A stretch of 64,000 bases of DNA from Planctomycetota bacterium (GTDB lineage: Bacteria; Planctomycetota; UBA1135; UBA2386): positions 10,770-74,769 of the forward strand of contig VGZG01000001.1 in the NCBI GenBank assembly GCA_016872675.1, given 5' to 3'. This document shows positions 37,144 to 48,201 of the stretch, piece after piece; the stretch's first letter is position 1; each line of letters begins with the position of its first letter. The position numbers were made by a program, and so were the translations under genes. The notes below the pieces were generated by a model. That model searched no databases. It was not told the DNA's origin and saw only the letters and a program-made list of their open reading frames with translations.

Positions 37144-38105
37144 CGCCCCGCCTCCTGCGCTGCCGCGGCGGCTTCCTCGCCGCGGTCGGCGCCTTCGGTG
37201 ACGGCGTGGAACCACTCCTCGAGGGTTGGCAGTTCGACGCGCAGTTCGTGCACCGGCAGCGCGCGCGCCGCCAGCGCCGCGGCCAGCGCCGGCACCGGAT
37301 CGGCGCCGGCAGGCAGCTCGGCGACCGCGCTGGCGAGGCCGTCGCCAACGACGACATCGGCGGCGATGCCGCCGGCGGCCAACGCCGACGCGAGCGCACC
37401 CGGCTCGCCGCGCACGGCAACGCGCAGCCGGCGGCTGGCGCCGCGCGCGACCAGCTCGGCGGGCGAACCGTCGGCGCGCAGCACGCCGCGGTGGATCACC
37501 AGCACGCGCGACGTCACTTCCTGCACCTCGCCGAGGATATGGCTGCTGAACAGCACGGTGTGCTCGTTGGCGAGGTCGCGCACGACCTGCTTGATACGGC
37601 GCCGCTGGTTGGGATCGAGACCCGACGTCGGCTCGTCGAGGATGAGGATCGGCGGATTGGCGACGAGCGCATCGGCGAGACCGACGCGCTGGCGATAGCC
37701 GTGGCTGACGTGACCGACGAGCTTGTGGCCGACGTCGACGATGCCAGCTTTGTCCATCGCGCGCGCGACGGCGCCGGCGCGCGCCTTTGCCGGCACGCCC
37801 TTGAGCGCGGCGCGGTAGCGCAGGTACTCGATGACGCGCAGATCCGGGTAGATCGGCACCTCCTGCGGCAGGTAACCGAGTTGGCGCCGGACGCCGAGCG
37901 AATCGCTGGCGACGTTCATGCCGGCGAGCTCGGCCGTGCCGGACGTCGCCGGTTGGAAGCCGGTCAGCACGCGGAGGGTCGTCGTCTTGCCAGCGCCGTT
38001 GGGGCCGAGGAAGCCGACGATCTCGCCGCGGCCGACTTCGAACGACAGACGTTCGACGGCCACGAAGCTGCCGTAGCGCTTGGTCAGGTCACGGACGCGG
38101 ATCAT
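37140..38105 (-). CDS. ABC transporter ATP-binding protein (ABC-2 subfamily)
   Basis: Track ORF trimmed to MIRVRDLTKRYG. Walker A is GPNGAGKTT, the signature is SHGYRQR and Walker B is ILILDEPTSGLD. Confidence 0.9.
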   Translation of the reverse strand: MIRVRDLTKRYGSFVAVERLSFEVGRGEIVGFLGPNGAGKTTTLRVLTGFQPATSGTAELAGMNVASDSLGVRRQLGYLPQEVPIYPDLRVIEYLRYRAALKGVPAKARAGAVARAMDKAGIVDVGHKLVGHVSHGYRQRVGLADALVANPPILILDEPTSGLDPNQRRRIKQVVRDLANEHTVLFSSHILGEVQEVTSRVLVIHRGVLRADGSPAELVARGASRRLRVAVRGEPGALASALAAGGIAADVVVGDGLASAVAELPAGADPVPALAAALAARALPVHELRVELPTLEEWFHAVTEGADRGEEAAAAAQEAGR

Positions 38106-38265
38106 GCGAGCAGGGCGATAGCGCGGCCGGCCGGGGGGCGTAACAGCGTCCCGGATCAGGGGATCCGAAACGCTCGCCGGACGCGGCGGCAAAGGCTAGG
38201 GATCGCCGTCGCAAAGGCAAAAGCGAGCTGCGCGCGGGCGGCTTGGACGGCCACCGGGGGCGGCT

Positions 38266-40161
<1,896 letters not shown>

Positions 40162-40291
40162 GGGATCTCCTGCTCACCCGCGCCGAGGCGGGACGTTTGC
40201 GAACGAATCGCCGCGACCACCCCAACCTTCGGAGCGCCGCGGCCGGTGCGCGCTCGTCAAATGCCATGCCCACCAACCAGGCCGCTGCTAG

Positions 40292-40320
40292 CTCTATAAA
40301 AACAACGACTTACGCATAAG
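40292..40320 (-). promoter_or_regulatory. AT-rich island upstream of dnaK (candidate promoter -10 region and/or terminator tail of the MATE gene)
   Basis: The minus strand reads CTTATGCGTAAGTCGTTGTTTTTATAGAGCTAGC. It is the only clearly AT-rich patch I noticed in the window, and contains TATAGA about 130 nt upstream of the dnaK ATG. I saw no CIRCE or HAIR element. Confidence 0.3.
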
Positions 40321-40352
40321 CACGCGCCTGTTTCGCTGCCATTCCGGCAGTC

Positions 40353-41753
40353 TCATGGTGTCGCCCCGCTGCCATTCTGACGCTCCAACGGATCGGTCCA
40401 CCGCCCCCACTGCACCAACCCGAGGTGGATCGCCGCCACCGCCGCCATGCCGACGACCAACCCGCTGTAGAGCGCCCCGGCAGCGGTCGCCGTCTGCGCC
40501 GTCACGGCCAAGGCGCCGTAGACCAGCACGAAGCCGACGACGTCGCCGACGAGCGGCAACCGCATGCGGCCAGCGCCCTGCAGCGCGCCCATGGCGCCGA
40601 GCGCAATCGCGCCGAGCGCCTGCGCCCACGACGCCGTGCCGAAGTAGTCGACGGCCGCGTCGACGACGCCGTCCGGCGGCGCTGGCAGGCAGAGCGTCAC
40701 GAGCCACGGCGCGCCGCCATTCATCGCCGCGACGAAGGCGACGCCGAGCAGGCCGCCGAAGACGCCGGCCCACCACCCGGCCGCGCGTGCCGCGGCGGCA
40801 CGACCTGCCACCACCGCGCGCGCGGCGTAGGCGGTGGCGGCGTTGGCGAAGCCGAGCGCAGCGAACAGCACGATGGTGTCAAAGCGCGTGGTGATGCCGA
40901 GCGCGACCAGCGCTGGTTCGCCGTCAAGTCGACGCGCGAGCGGCGTCAGCACGAGCACGAGACCGGCGCGCAGCACGATCTGCAGCGCCTGCGGCCAGGC
41001 GTCGACGAACAACGGCCGGGCGACGGCCGGGGCGGCCGCAGGCGCCGGGCCACGCAGCGTCAGCGCATGGCTCCGCCGGCACAGCCACCACACTCCGACC
41101 GCGGCGGCGACCGCGCGTGCGGCGACGGCAGCCACGGCGGCGCCGACGACGCCGATCGGCTCCCAGCCGACGGCGTCCCAGCCGAACAACAGCGGCACGG
41201 CGAACGCGAGGTTCAGCACGTTGGCGCCCAGCAGCAGCAGCAGCGGCATCGACGCCTCGCCGGCGGCGCGCATCGCCGCGGTCGTCTGCATCAGCACGAA
41301 CATCGGCAGGCAGCCGAGATTGCTGACCACCAGGTAGGCGATGGCGCCGCTGCGCGCCGCCCCCTCGACGCCCATCAGGTCGGCCATCGGCGCCGCCGGC
41401 AGCGCCGATGCCGCGCCGAGCAGCAGGCCGAGCCAGAGCATCAGCCACTGCGCGCGGCGGTTGAACGCGCGCGCGCCGTCGACGTCGCCGGCGCCGAGCC
41501 GACGGGACGCCTGCGCCAGCAGCGCGGTCGATACGCAGTTGCCGACGATCATCGGCAGGAAGTTCCAGGTCGAGCCGACATGCGCAGCCTGCACCGCGTC
41601 GCCGCCGAGCCTGCCAACCATGGCGAGGTCGACGAGGTTGATCGCAGCGTGCGAGGCGAGGCCGAACGCCAGCGGCAGGCCCTGGCCGAGCACCGCGCGC
41701 CACGGCCGGCGCGCCAGCATGGGATCGTCGAGGGGCGGCGTCGCGCCAGTCAC
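40353..41753 (-). CDS. MATE family efflux transporter
   Basis: 466-aa ORF with 12 hydrophobic segments. The N-terminus (GLPLAFGLASHAAINLVDLAMVGRLGGDAVQAAHVG) is typical of MATE proteins. Confidence 0.8.
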   Translation of the reverse strand: MTGATPPLDDPMLARRPWRAVLGQGLPLAFGLASHAAINLVDLAMVGRLGGDAVQAAHVGSTWNFLPMIVGNCVSTALLAQASRRLGAGDVDGARAFNRRAQWLMLWLGLLLGAASALPAAPMADLMGVEGAARSGAIAYLVVSNLGCLPMFVLMQTTAAMRAAGEASMPLLLLLGANVLNLAFAVPLLFGWDAVGWEPIGVVGAAVAAVAARAVAAAVGVWWLCRRSHALTLRGPAPAAAPAVARPLFVDAWPQALQIVLRAGLVLVLTPLARRLDGEPALVALGITTRFDTIVLFAALGFANAATAYAARAVVAGRAAAARAAGWWAGVFGGLLGVAFVAAMNGGAPWLVTLCLPAPPDGVVDAAVDYFGTASWAQALGAIALGAMGALQGAGRMRLPLVGDVVGFVLVYGALAVTAQTATAAGALYSGLVVGMAAVAAIHLGLVQWGRWTDPLERQNGSGATP

Positions 41754-41786
41754 CGCCGCAGCCTAGCGCAGCGCGGGCCGGCGGCG

Positions 41787-42158
41787 TCAGTTCGACAGCA
41801 TCTGGCGCACGAGGTCGAGGATGCGGCTCGGGCTGAACGGCTTGGTCAGGTGTTCGGTCGCGCCGGCCTCCTTGCCGTCAGCCTTGTCGCCTTCCTGGCC
41901 GCGCGCAGTCAGCAGCACGATCTTGACCGCGTCGAGCGCGGCGTCGGCGCGGACCTGCTTGGTCACGCCGAAGCCGTCGAGCTTGGGCATCATCACGTCG
42001 AGGAACACGAGGTCCGGCTTCTGCGCGCGGATCATCGCCAAGCCTTCCTCGCCGTCGCGCGCCTCAAGGACACGGTAATCGCCCTTGCGCAGGATGTAGG
42101 TCAACGAGCGACAGATGAATGGTTCGTCGTCCACCACCAGGATCGTGCGCTGCGTCAT
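41787..42158 (-). CDS. Stand-alone response-regulator receiver (CheY-like)
   Basis: 123-aa ORF with ILVVDDEP, the phospho-acceptor context DLVFLDVMMP, LLTA and TKPF. Its ATG overlaps the stop of the phosphatase gene (ATGA). Confidence 0.9.
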   Translation of the reverse strand: MTQRTILVVDDEPFICRSLTYILRKGDYRVLEARDGEEGLAMIRAQKPDLVFLDVMMPKLDGFGVTKQVRADAALDAVKIVLLTARGQEGDKADGKEAGATEHLTKPFSPSRILDLVRQMLSN

Positions 42159-43726
42159 CGTTGCGTCCCTCCGCCCTGCGTGCCTTGGAAGCGGACCACC
42201 ACCGCCGTGACGTCGTCGGCGTTGGCAGCGCCACCACGCCAGTTCTCGAGTTCGGTCGCGAGGCCATCGACGACCCGCTGCGCCGATCGGTTGGGCGCCA
42301 ACTGCGCGAACACCGCCGCCAATCGCTCCTCGCCGAACATCTGGCCGTCGCAGTCCGTCGCCTCGGTGATGCCGTCGGTGTAGAGCAGCAGGCAGTCGCC
42401 CGCCTGCAGGCGCAGCGACCGCGCCTCGTATGCGACGTCCGGCAGGAAACCAAGGATGGTGCCGTCGCTCGGCACGCGCTCGACGCGGTCGCCGTCGGCG
42501 CGGTAGATCATCAGTTCGTTGTGGCCGGCGCAGACATACTCGACGGCGCCATCGGCCGGCCGCAGCGCAACTGCGGCCGCGCTGAGGAACCGCTCGGTGC
42601 GCTGCAGGTCATCGTGCATCAGCCGCGCCATTGCCGAGAACAGCGTCGCCGGGCAACCGTGGACGCTCGCCAGCGTGCGCAGCGTCGCGCGCGCCGAGAC
42701 CATGACCATGCCCGACGCGAGGTTGTGCCCGGAGACGTCGGCGACAGCCACCAGCGTGCGGCCATCGACCAGCGGCGCGTATTCGAAGTAGTCGCCGCCG
42801 ACCGCGCCGCAGGCCTCGTAGCGGGCCGCCACGTCGTAGCCGGCGATCGTCGCCAGCCGTTCGGGCAGGACCTGCCGTTGGATCGTGCGCGCCGTGCTCA
42901 TCTCCTTGCCGAGCGCGACGGTCTTGCGGGCGCCGAGGACGGCGCCGAGCATCGCGCCGAAGGCGACGGCGAAATCGATCTCCCACGAGCCGAGGTCGCC
43001 GCGACTGGCCGCGCTGCCGGCGACGCGGTCGATCAGCGCCAGCACACCGAGCGGAATGCGCTTCTCGGCCGAACCGTAGGTCACCGGCACGCCGAGCACG
43101 ATGCGTTCGGCCAGACGCTCTGGGCTGCCGGGTTCGCCGAGCCGGCGGCCTGCCGGCACGGCGCGCACGATCGGCACGCCGCCGGCGAGCACGTCGCCGA
43201 GGAAGCCTTCCGCCGGCACGAACGGCTCGAGTTCGCCGCGGCCGGGACCGACGAGGTCGCCGTTGTCCGCTGCCAGCACGCAGCCGCCCTTGTCCTGCCG
43301 GTACTCGAAGTAGACGACGTGACGCACGCCGGCGGCGCGTCGGCAGGCCTCGACCGCCTGCCTGGCGATCGCTGCGTCGCTCTCGCCGCCGGACAACTGC
43401 GGCAACGTCTCGGTGTACATCGCGACCTGCTCCAGAAGGCTCATGGAACGGTCGTTCATGCTCTCCATGTCCGCCTCGAGCCGCTCGCGCTCCTTCACCA
43501 CACCGAGCAACGCCTGCACGAGCGCCTGGGCCTCTGGGCACGCGGTGGCGATGTCGGCCACGACGGCGCCATCGGGCAGGTCAGCGCGCACCGATGTGTG
43601 CGACGCGGCCGCGGCGCCAAACTGTGCGGCCGGCGCGCCACCCTGGTCGAACACGGTCACGGCGACCCCGTCGATCGCCCGCGGGATCGCCGCCAGGAGT
43701 TCGCTCGAATCCTGGTGGATCGTCAC
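42155..43726 (-). CDS. GAF-like sensor + PP2C-type (SpoIIE/RsbU family) serine phosphatase
   Basis: 523-aa ORF. The C-terminal SpoIIE motifs are ARTIQRQVLP, GGDYFEY, VADVSGHN, LLLYTDGITEA and DDVTAVVV. The N-terminal roughly 250 aa look like a GAF-like sensory region. Confidence 0.85.
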   Translation of the reverse strand: MTIHQDSSELLAAIPRAIDGVAVTVFDQGGAPAAQFGAAAASHTSVRADLPDGAVVADIATACPEAQALVQALLGVVKERERLEADMESMNDRSMSLLEQVAMYTETLPQLSGGESDAAIARQAVEACRRAAGVRHVVYFEYRQDKGGCVLAADNGDLVGPGRGELEPFVPAEGFLGDVLAGGVPIVRAVPAGRRLGEPGSPERLAERIVLGVPVTYGSAEKRIPLGVLALIDRVAGSAASRGDLGSWEIDFAVAFGAMLGAVLGARKTVALGKEMSTARTIQRQVLPERLATIAGYDVAARYEACGAVGGDYFEYAPLVDGRTLVAVADVSGHNLASGMVMVSARATLRTLASVHGCPATLFSAMARLMHDDLQRTERFLSAAAVALRPADGAVEYVCAGHNELMIYRADGDRVERVPSDGTILGFLPDVAYEARSLRLQAGDCLLLYTDGITEATDCDGQMFGEERLAAVFAQLAPNRSAQRVVDGLATELENWRGGAANADDVTAVVVRFQGTQGGGTQR

Positions 43727-43733
43727 AGTCGCC

Positions 43734-44177
43734 TCACGTGTTGGCGACGACGCGGGCGTACTTCGTCAGTTGAAGGGTGTTCCAGCCGTCGGCGCGGGAG
43801 TACTCCACCCGGTCCATGACCTGCCGGACGATGTGGATGCCGAAGCCGCCGACCTCGGTCGGCATCGCCTCGGGGTCGGCGTGGCTCGGGCCCGCGTGCT
43901 GCAGCGGGTCGAACGCCGGGCCGCGGTCGCGCAGCGTGACGCGGAACGAGTCGCCTTGGAGCTCGAACGCGACCTCGACCGGACTCGCTGCATCGAGTTG
44001 GTAGCCGTGGCGCAGGACGTTGGTCACCACCTCCTGCAACGCGACCAGCACGTTGTACCGCGTGCCTTCCGGGTCCTCGTCGAACTGGACGCCGTTCAGC
44101 AAGGTCTCCCCCGTCTGCCAGACGAGGCGGAGGTGGTCGACGGGGCCGATCAGCTTGAGGGCGACCTGTGCGAACAT
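43734..44177 (-). CDS. Anti-sigma-factor-type Ser kinase (RsbW/SpoIIAB-like HATPase)
   Basis: Track ORF 43734..45500 trimmed to MFAQVALKLIGP, with GGGAGAA upstream. The N-box is EVVTNVLRHG, G1 is DRGPAFD and G2 is GGFGIHIV. The protein is 147 aa. Confidence 0.8.
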   Translation of the reverse strand: MFAQVALKLIGPVDHLRLVWQTGETLLNGVQFDEDPEGTRYNVLVALQEVVTNVLRHGYQLDAASPVEVAFELQGDSFRVTLRDRGPAFDPLQHAGPSHADPEAMPTEVGGFGIHIVRQVMDRVEYSRADGWNTLQLTKYARVVANT

Positions 44178-44384
44178 GGGTTCTCCCGACTGCCTGCGTC
44201 TATCGACCGAAGTCCGGCCTTTACTGAGCGGGGCCGTCGCGGCGCCGGCGCCGGGCCGACAGGGCGCCCCTCGCCGCAGCGGCCACGCCACCGGCAAAGG
44301 ACGTTGGCATCGGAGCTTGCGCTCAGCTAGGCTGCCGGCCTGCGGACCTGGCCACCGGTCGGTGTCAGGTCGCGGGAGGGCTTC

Positions 44385-45446
44385 GTGAATATGTTCCACA
44401 TCGCGCGCAACCCGCACTCTGGCTTCTGGTTGCACGCCCTGACCATCACGGCCATCGGTCTGCTCGCCGGTTGCCGCGGCGTCGCCCCGCCCAAGCAGCT
44501 GGCGTTCCAGCCGCCGACCGTAGTGTCGAAGGCCGTGACCTTCGCGCCCGCGGCGATGGCGCCGGACACCGAGATCGAGTTGCTGTCGCGCACCAAGACG
44601 CCGCCGGCGCTGCTGCGCGTCGCGTGGCTCGAACTGCAGCAGAAGCGCGCGCAGAACGTCCTCGACACGACCGCCGAAGTGCTCTACGGCACGAAGAAGC
44701 CGTCGGCGCACGAGGAGTCGTTCGCGCGCTATTTGCGCGCCGAAGCGTTCGACCTCTCGGGGCAGGGCGACCGCGGCGCCTACGATCGCAACCTCGCCAA
44801 CCAGCTCGCCATCGACGGCGACCTGCGCAAGCTGATCGCCGGCAAGCTGCGCAAGGGCGCGCCGGTCGAGGCGGCCGCGCCGGCGGCCATCGACGTCGCG
44901 GTCCGACCACGTTCGGCCTGGGGCGCCACCGCGCCCGATCGCTCGAACGTCGAGCCGATGCAGCCGATCGACCGCGTGACGATCCACCACTCGGCGATCT
45001 ACTTCCGCGACACGCGGCCGAGCACCTGCGGCTCGCAGATCGCCGGCATCCAGCGCCAGCACATGAGCAAGAACCGCTGGGGCGACATCGGCTACCACTT
45101 CCTGATCGACCCGTCCGGTCGCATCTGGCAGGGCCGCGAACTGCGCTACCAGGGCGCCCACGCCGGCGGCGACAGCAACATCGGCAACGTCGGCATCTGC
45201 CTGCTCGGCAACTTCATGCGCAAGAAGGGCCAGGAGCCGACGCCGGCGCAGGTGCAGTCGATGCGGCAACTGGTCGCCGAACTGATGCGCGTTAACCGCT
45301 TCGGACCCGACGCCATCTTCTGCCACCACGACTTCAAGGACACCGAGTGCCCCGGCGAGTTGATGACGCCGATCGTCAACCAGATGGCGCGCGACTTCCG
45401 CCGCGCGGGCCTCGGCCGCGCTCACAACGCCGCCGCCGAGCAGTAG
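44385..45446 (+). CDS. N-acetylmuramoyl-L-alanine amidase (Amidase_2/PGRP fold) lipoprotein
   Basis: 353-aa ORF with GGAGG 5 nt before the GTG. The lipobox is ITAIGLLAGC. The amidase motifs are VTIHHSA, GDIGYHFLIDPSGRIWQGR, HAGG..NIGNVGICLLGNF and HHDFKDTECPG. Confidence 0.85.
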   Translation: MNMFHIARNPHSGFWLHALTITAIGLLAGCRGVAPPKQLAFQPPTVVSKAVTFAPAAMAPDTEIELLSRTKTPPALLRVAWLELQQKRAQNVLDTTAEVLYGTKKPSAHEESFARYLRAEAFDLSGQGDRGAYDRNLANQLAIDGDLRKLIAGKLRKGAPVEAAAPAAIDVAVRPRSAWGATAPDRSNVEPMQPIDRVTIHHSAIYFRDTRPSTCGSQIAGIQRQHMSKNRWGDIGYHFLIDPSGRIWQGRELRYQGAHAGGDSNIGNVGICLLGNFMRKKGQEPTPAQVQSMRQLVAELMRVNRFGPDAIFCHHDFKDTECPGELMTPIVNQMARDFRRAGLGRAHNAAAEQ

Positions 45447-45574
45447 CGCCCAGCCGGTCGGCTCACCTCCGCAGCCCGCGCCGGCCGACACCCCAGACAT
45501 GCCCGCGGGCCAGGAGCCTTCGTGGCGGCAACTTCTCGCCCGTAACGGCGACCAACGGGCCTACTATTGCGACC

Positions 45575-46702
45575 ATGCATCGGACCGTTCTGCTGCTGCC
45601 ACTCCTCGTCGGCCTCGCCTGCCGCGACGAGTGTGCCCCCGCCGCGCCAACCGCGACGCCGTCAGCCGCCACGGCGCCGCTGACCCTGGAACACGACTTC
45701 GGCATCATCCCGCACGGCGAGCGGCGCGCCCACGAGTTCCCGCTCGACCTGCAGCGCCTGGGCGGCGGCTATGTGCCAATGCGCGTGCACCTCGACTGCT
45801 CGTGCGGCCACGCCGATCTCCGGCTGCGCGGTCCGGACGGCACGGAACGCTTTGTCGACGGCGCCGGCACAGCGACGAGCCTGCCGGCGGCCGGCGAGAC
45901 GCTGGTGCTGCGCGTCGAGATCGACACGGCGCGCAAGGAGGCCGCCGACCTCAAGCCGACGCAGAGCCGCGGCTTCGTCGTGCTGCAGGCGCTCGACGAC
46001 CCGACCGGCGGCTCGCGCGCGCAGTGGCCGGTGGTCGTGCGCTTTGGCGTCGACGCGCCAGTCGAGCTGCGGCCGCTGGCGACGCTCGACTTCGGGCGCG
46101 TCGCCGCGTCGCAGCGCGGCTTCCTCGCCACCACGCTGCGCGGCGACGAGCGCCACCGCGACGCCGTCTTCGGCCCAGCGACCGCGATCGATCCGCGCGT
46201 CGCCCTCGAGCTCGCGCACAACGGCGACCACTGGCTGCTGCGCGCCCGCGTCGAACCGGGCCCGTTCGGCAACCACCGCGCACAGGTCACGGTGGCAACG
46301 ACGATCCCCGGCTACCAGCTGACGCTCGACGCGGTCTGGAAGTCGATCCCCGACCTCGAGGCCGTGCCGCTCGACAAGCTGTCATTCCGCGCCGCGCTCG
46401 ACCGCGAGCAGACCGAGGCCGAGGCCGCCGGGCAGTTCCTGGTCATCGTCGACCACGATACGCGGCGGCCCGTGGAGTTCGCCGTGCGCCAACTCGTCGA
46501 CGGCCAGGGCCGCGACCTGAGCCGCCACTTCGCCGTCCGCTTCGACACCATGCCCGACGCCCCTCGCCGCCTGCGCATGCACGTCCGCTACCTCGGCGGT
46601 CTCGCCGCGACCGTGCGGGCTACCCTGATGCTGAGCAAGGACGACGACCGCGGCCCGTTCCTGCCCATCGAGTTGGTACTGTTGGCCCGCAAGGACGCAT
46701 GA
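45575..46702 (+). CDS. DUF1573-like (Ig/PapD-like) lipoprotein
   Basis: Track ORF 45347..46702 trimmed to MHRTVLLLPLLVGLAC (lipobox). The DUF1573-type start is LEHDFGIIPHGERRAHEFPL...HLDCSCGHA, with a second similar module (LDFGRVAASQRGFLATTL). The stop overlaps the next start (ATGA). Confidence 0.7.
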   Translation: MHRTVLLLPLLVGLACRDECAPAAPTATPSAATAPLTLEHDFGIIPHGERRAHEFPLDLQRLGGGYVPMRVHLDCSCGHADLRLRGPDGTERFVDGAGTATSLPAAGETLVLRVEIDTARKEAADLKPTQSRGFVVLQALDDPTGGSRAQWPVVVRFGVDAPVELRPLATLDFGRVAASQRGFLATTLRGDERHRDAVFGPATAIDPRVALELAHNGDHWLLRARVEPGPFGNHRAQVTVATTIPGYQLTLDAVWKSIPDLEAVPLDKLSFRAALDREQTEAEAAGQFLVIVDHDTRRPVEFAVRQLVDGQGRDLSRHFAVRFDTMPDAPRRLRMHVRYLGGLAATVRATLMLSKDDDRGPFLPIELVLLARKDA

Positions 46703-48156
46703 AGCCCACCCGCCCGGCGGCACTGGCCGCGCTCGCTCTCGTCCTCTCGACGCTCGTCGCATCGCTCGCGCAATGCAGCCAGGGCAAGGCCGCCGCGCCG
46801 ATCGGCCAGGAGCCCAAGCCCGCCGTCCAGGCGCCGCCCGCCGACCGCATCCGCATGCTGATCAGCGGCTCGATGCAAGGCCGCCTCGAGCCGTGCGGCT
46901 GCGCCAGCGGCCAACTCGGCGGCCTCGCGCGCCGCATGCAGCACGTCGGCGAACAGGGCAACTACGACCTGCTGATCGAAGGCGGCGGCGTCGTCGACGG
47001 CGACACCCCGCTCGACGCCATGAAGCTGCTGACGGCGTCGCAGGTGCTGTTCGCGATGAAGTGGCGCTACGACGCGCTCGGCGTCGGCGGCAAGGACCTG
47101 CTGCTGCCGCGCGCCGACTGGAGCATGTTCCTCGCCGGCGCGCCGGTCGTCGCTTCGGACCTCGTGAGCGACGCCGCCGACTGGCCGGCCCAGCCGTTCG
47201 TGCAGAAGGAGGTCCGCGGCGTCGCGCTGCGCGTCGCCGCGCTGCTGCTCGATCCGCCGGCCGCAGCGCTCGCCGGGGCGACTGCCGTGAAGCACCTGCC
47301 ACCGGCAGCAGGCTGGCAACGGGCGCTCGAAGGCGCTGCGCCGACGACCCGCCGCATCCTGCTCGTGCACGGCGACGACGCGGCCATCCGCAGGCTCGTG
47401 CCGACGCTGCAGCCAGCGCCCGACCTCGTCGTCGGCGTCGACCGCGGCTACGACGCGCCCACCGCCGCGCCGAGCCGCGTCGGCGACGTGCCGCTGGTGT
47501 TCGCCGGCTCGCGCGGCCGCGTGCTGCTCGACTGCTGGCTGCACCGCGACGCCCAAGGCGGCCAGATCGCGTGCGAACTCGTGCCGCTCGCCGCTAGCCG
47601 GACCGTGCCGGGCGGCGGCGGCGACCCGCAGGTGAAGGACGTGATCCTCGCGCACCGCAACGACGTGAAGGCGCAGGGCATCCTGGCGCAGATGGCCGAG
47701 CAGCGGCCGACGGCCAGCGGCGCGACCTACGTCGGCTCGGCGACGTGCGGCGCGTGCCACCCGACGGCGATGGCCGACTGGCAGAAGTCCAAGCACGCCC
47801 ACGCGTGGCAGACGCTGGTCGACGCCGAGAAGGACCCCAAGCGCTACGGCTGGCCGGTGACGGCCTACCCCGACTGCGTCAGCTGCCACGTCGTCGGCTA
47901 CGGCGAGCGCAGCGGCTTCCGCTCGTTCGAGGAGACGCCGCAGCACGCTGACGTCGGCTGCGAACGCTGCCATGGCCCGGGCTCGGAGCACGTCGCCGCC
48001 GGCGGCAAGAAGCCGCTCGGCCTGCTCAGCGGCGCGCAGGCCTCGCAGTTGTGCACGCAGTGCCACGACTACGAGCAGTCGCCGACGTTCGTCTACGGCG
48101 AGAAGTGGGCCGCGATTCGCCACGGCCGCGAAGCGCACCAGCAGCCGAAGAAGTGA
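46699..48156 (+). CDS. Tetraheme c-type cytochrome fused to a degenerate metallophosphatase-like N-domain
   Basis: Track ORF 45499..48156 trimmed to MKPTRPAALAALALVLSTLVASLAQC. Four CxxCH sites are present (CGACH, CVSCH, CERCH, CTQCH) in a cytochrome c554/multiheme context (W..SKHAHAW, CERCHGPGSEHV). The N-domain has an EPCGC...QLGGLARR motif but lacks the DxH/GNHE metal ligands. Confidence 0.82.
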   Translation: MKPTRPAALAALALVLSTLVASLAQCSQGKAAAPIGQEPKPAVQAPPADRIRMLISGSMQGRLEPCGCASGQLGGLARRMQHVGEQGNYDLLIEGGGVVDGDTPLDAMKLLTASQVLFAMKWRYDALGVGGKDLLLPRADWSMFLAGAPVVASDLVSDAADWPAQPFVQKEVRGVALRVAALLLDPPAAALAGATAVKHLPPAAGWQRALEGAAPTTRRILLVHGDDAAIRRLVPTLQPAPDLVVGVDRGYDAPTAAPSRVGDVPLVFAGSRGRVLLDCWLHRDAQGGQIACELVPLAASRTVPGGGGDPQVKDVILAHRNDVKAQGILAQMAEQRPTASGATYVGSATCGACHPTAMADWQKSKHAHAWQTLVDAEKDPKRYGWPVTAYPDCVSCHVVGYGERSGFRSFEETPQHADVGCERCHGPGSEHVAAGGKKPLGLLSGAQASQLCTQCHDYEQSPTFVYGEKWAAIRHGREAHQQPKK

Positions 48157-48201
48157 ACAGTTCGTTACCTACGCCGGCGCGGGCGGCCCAGGGCGGCGGC
48201 T

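Noticed and set aside
44178-44384. A hidden small gene or ncRNA in the 207-nt divergent spacer between the RsbW-like kinase gene and the amidase gene.
   Set aside because: The only ORFs there are extensions of shadow frames. Both flanking genes have their own SD-like sites (GGGAGAA and GGGAGGG). The region is most simply a divergent promoter region, and I could not support a specific RNA structure.
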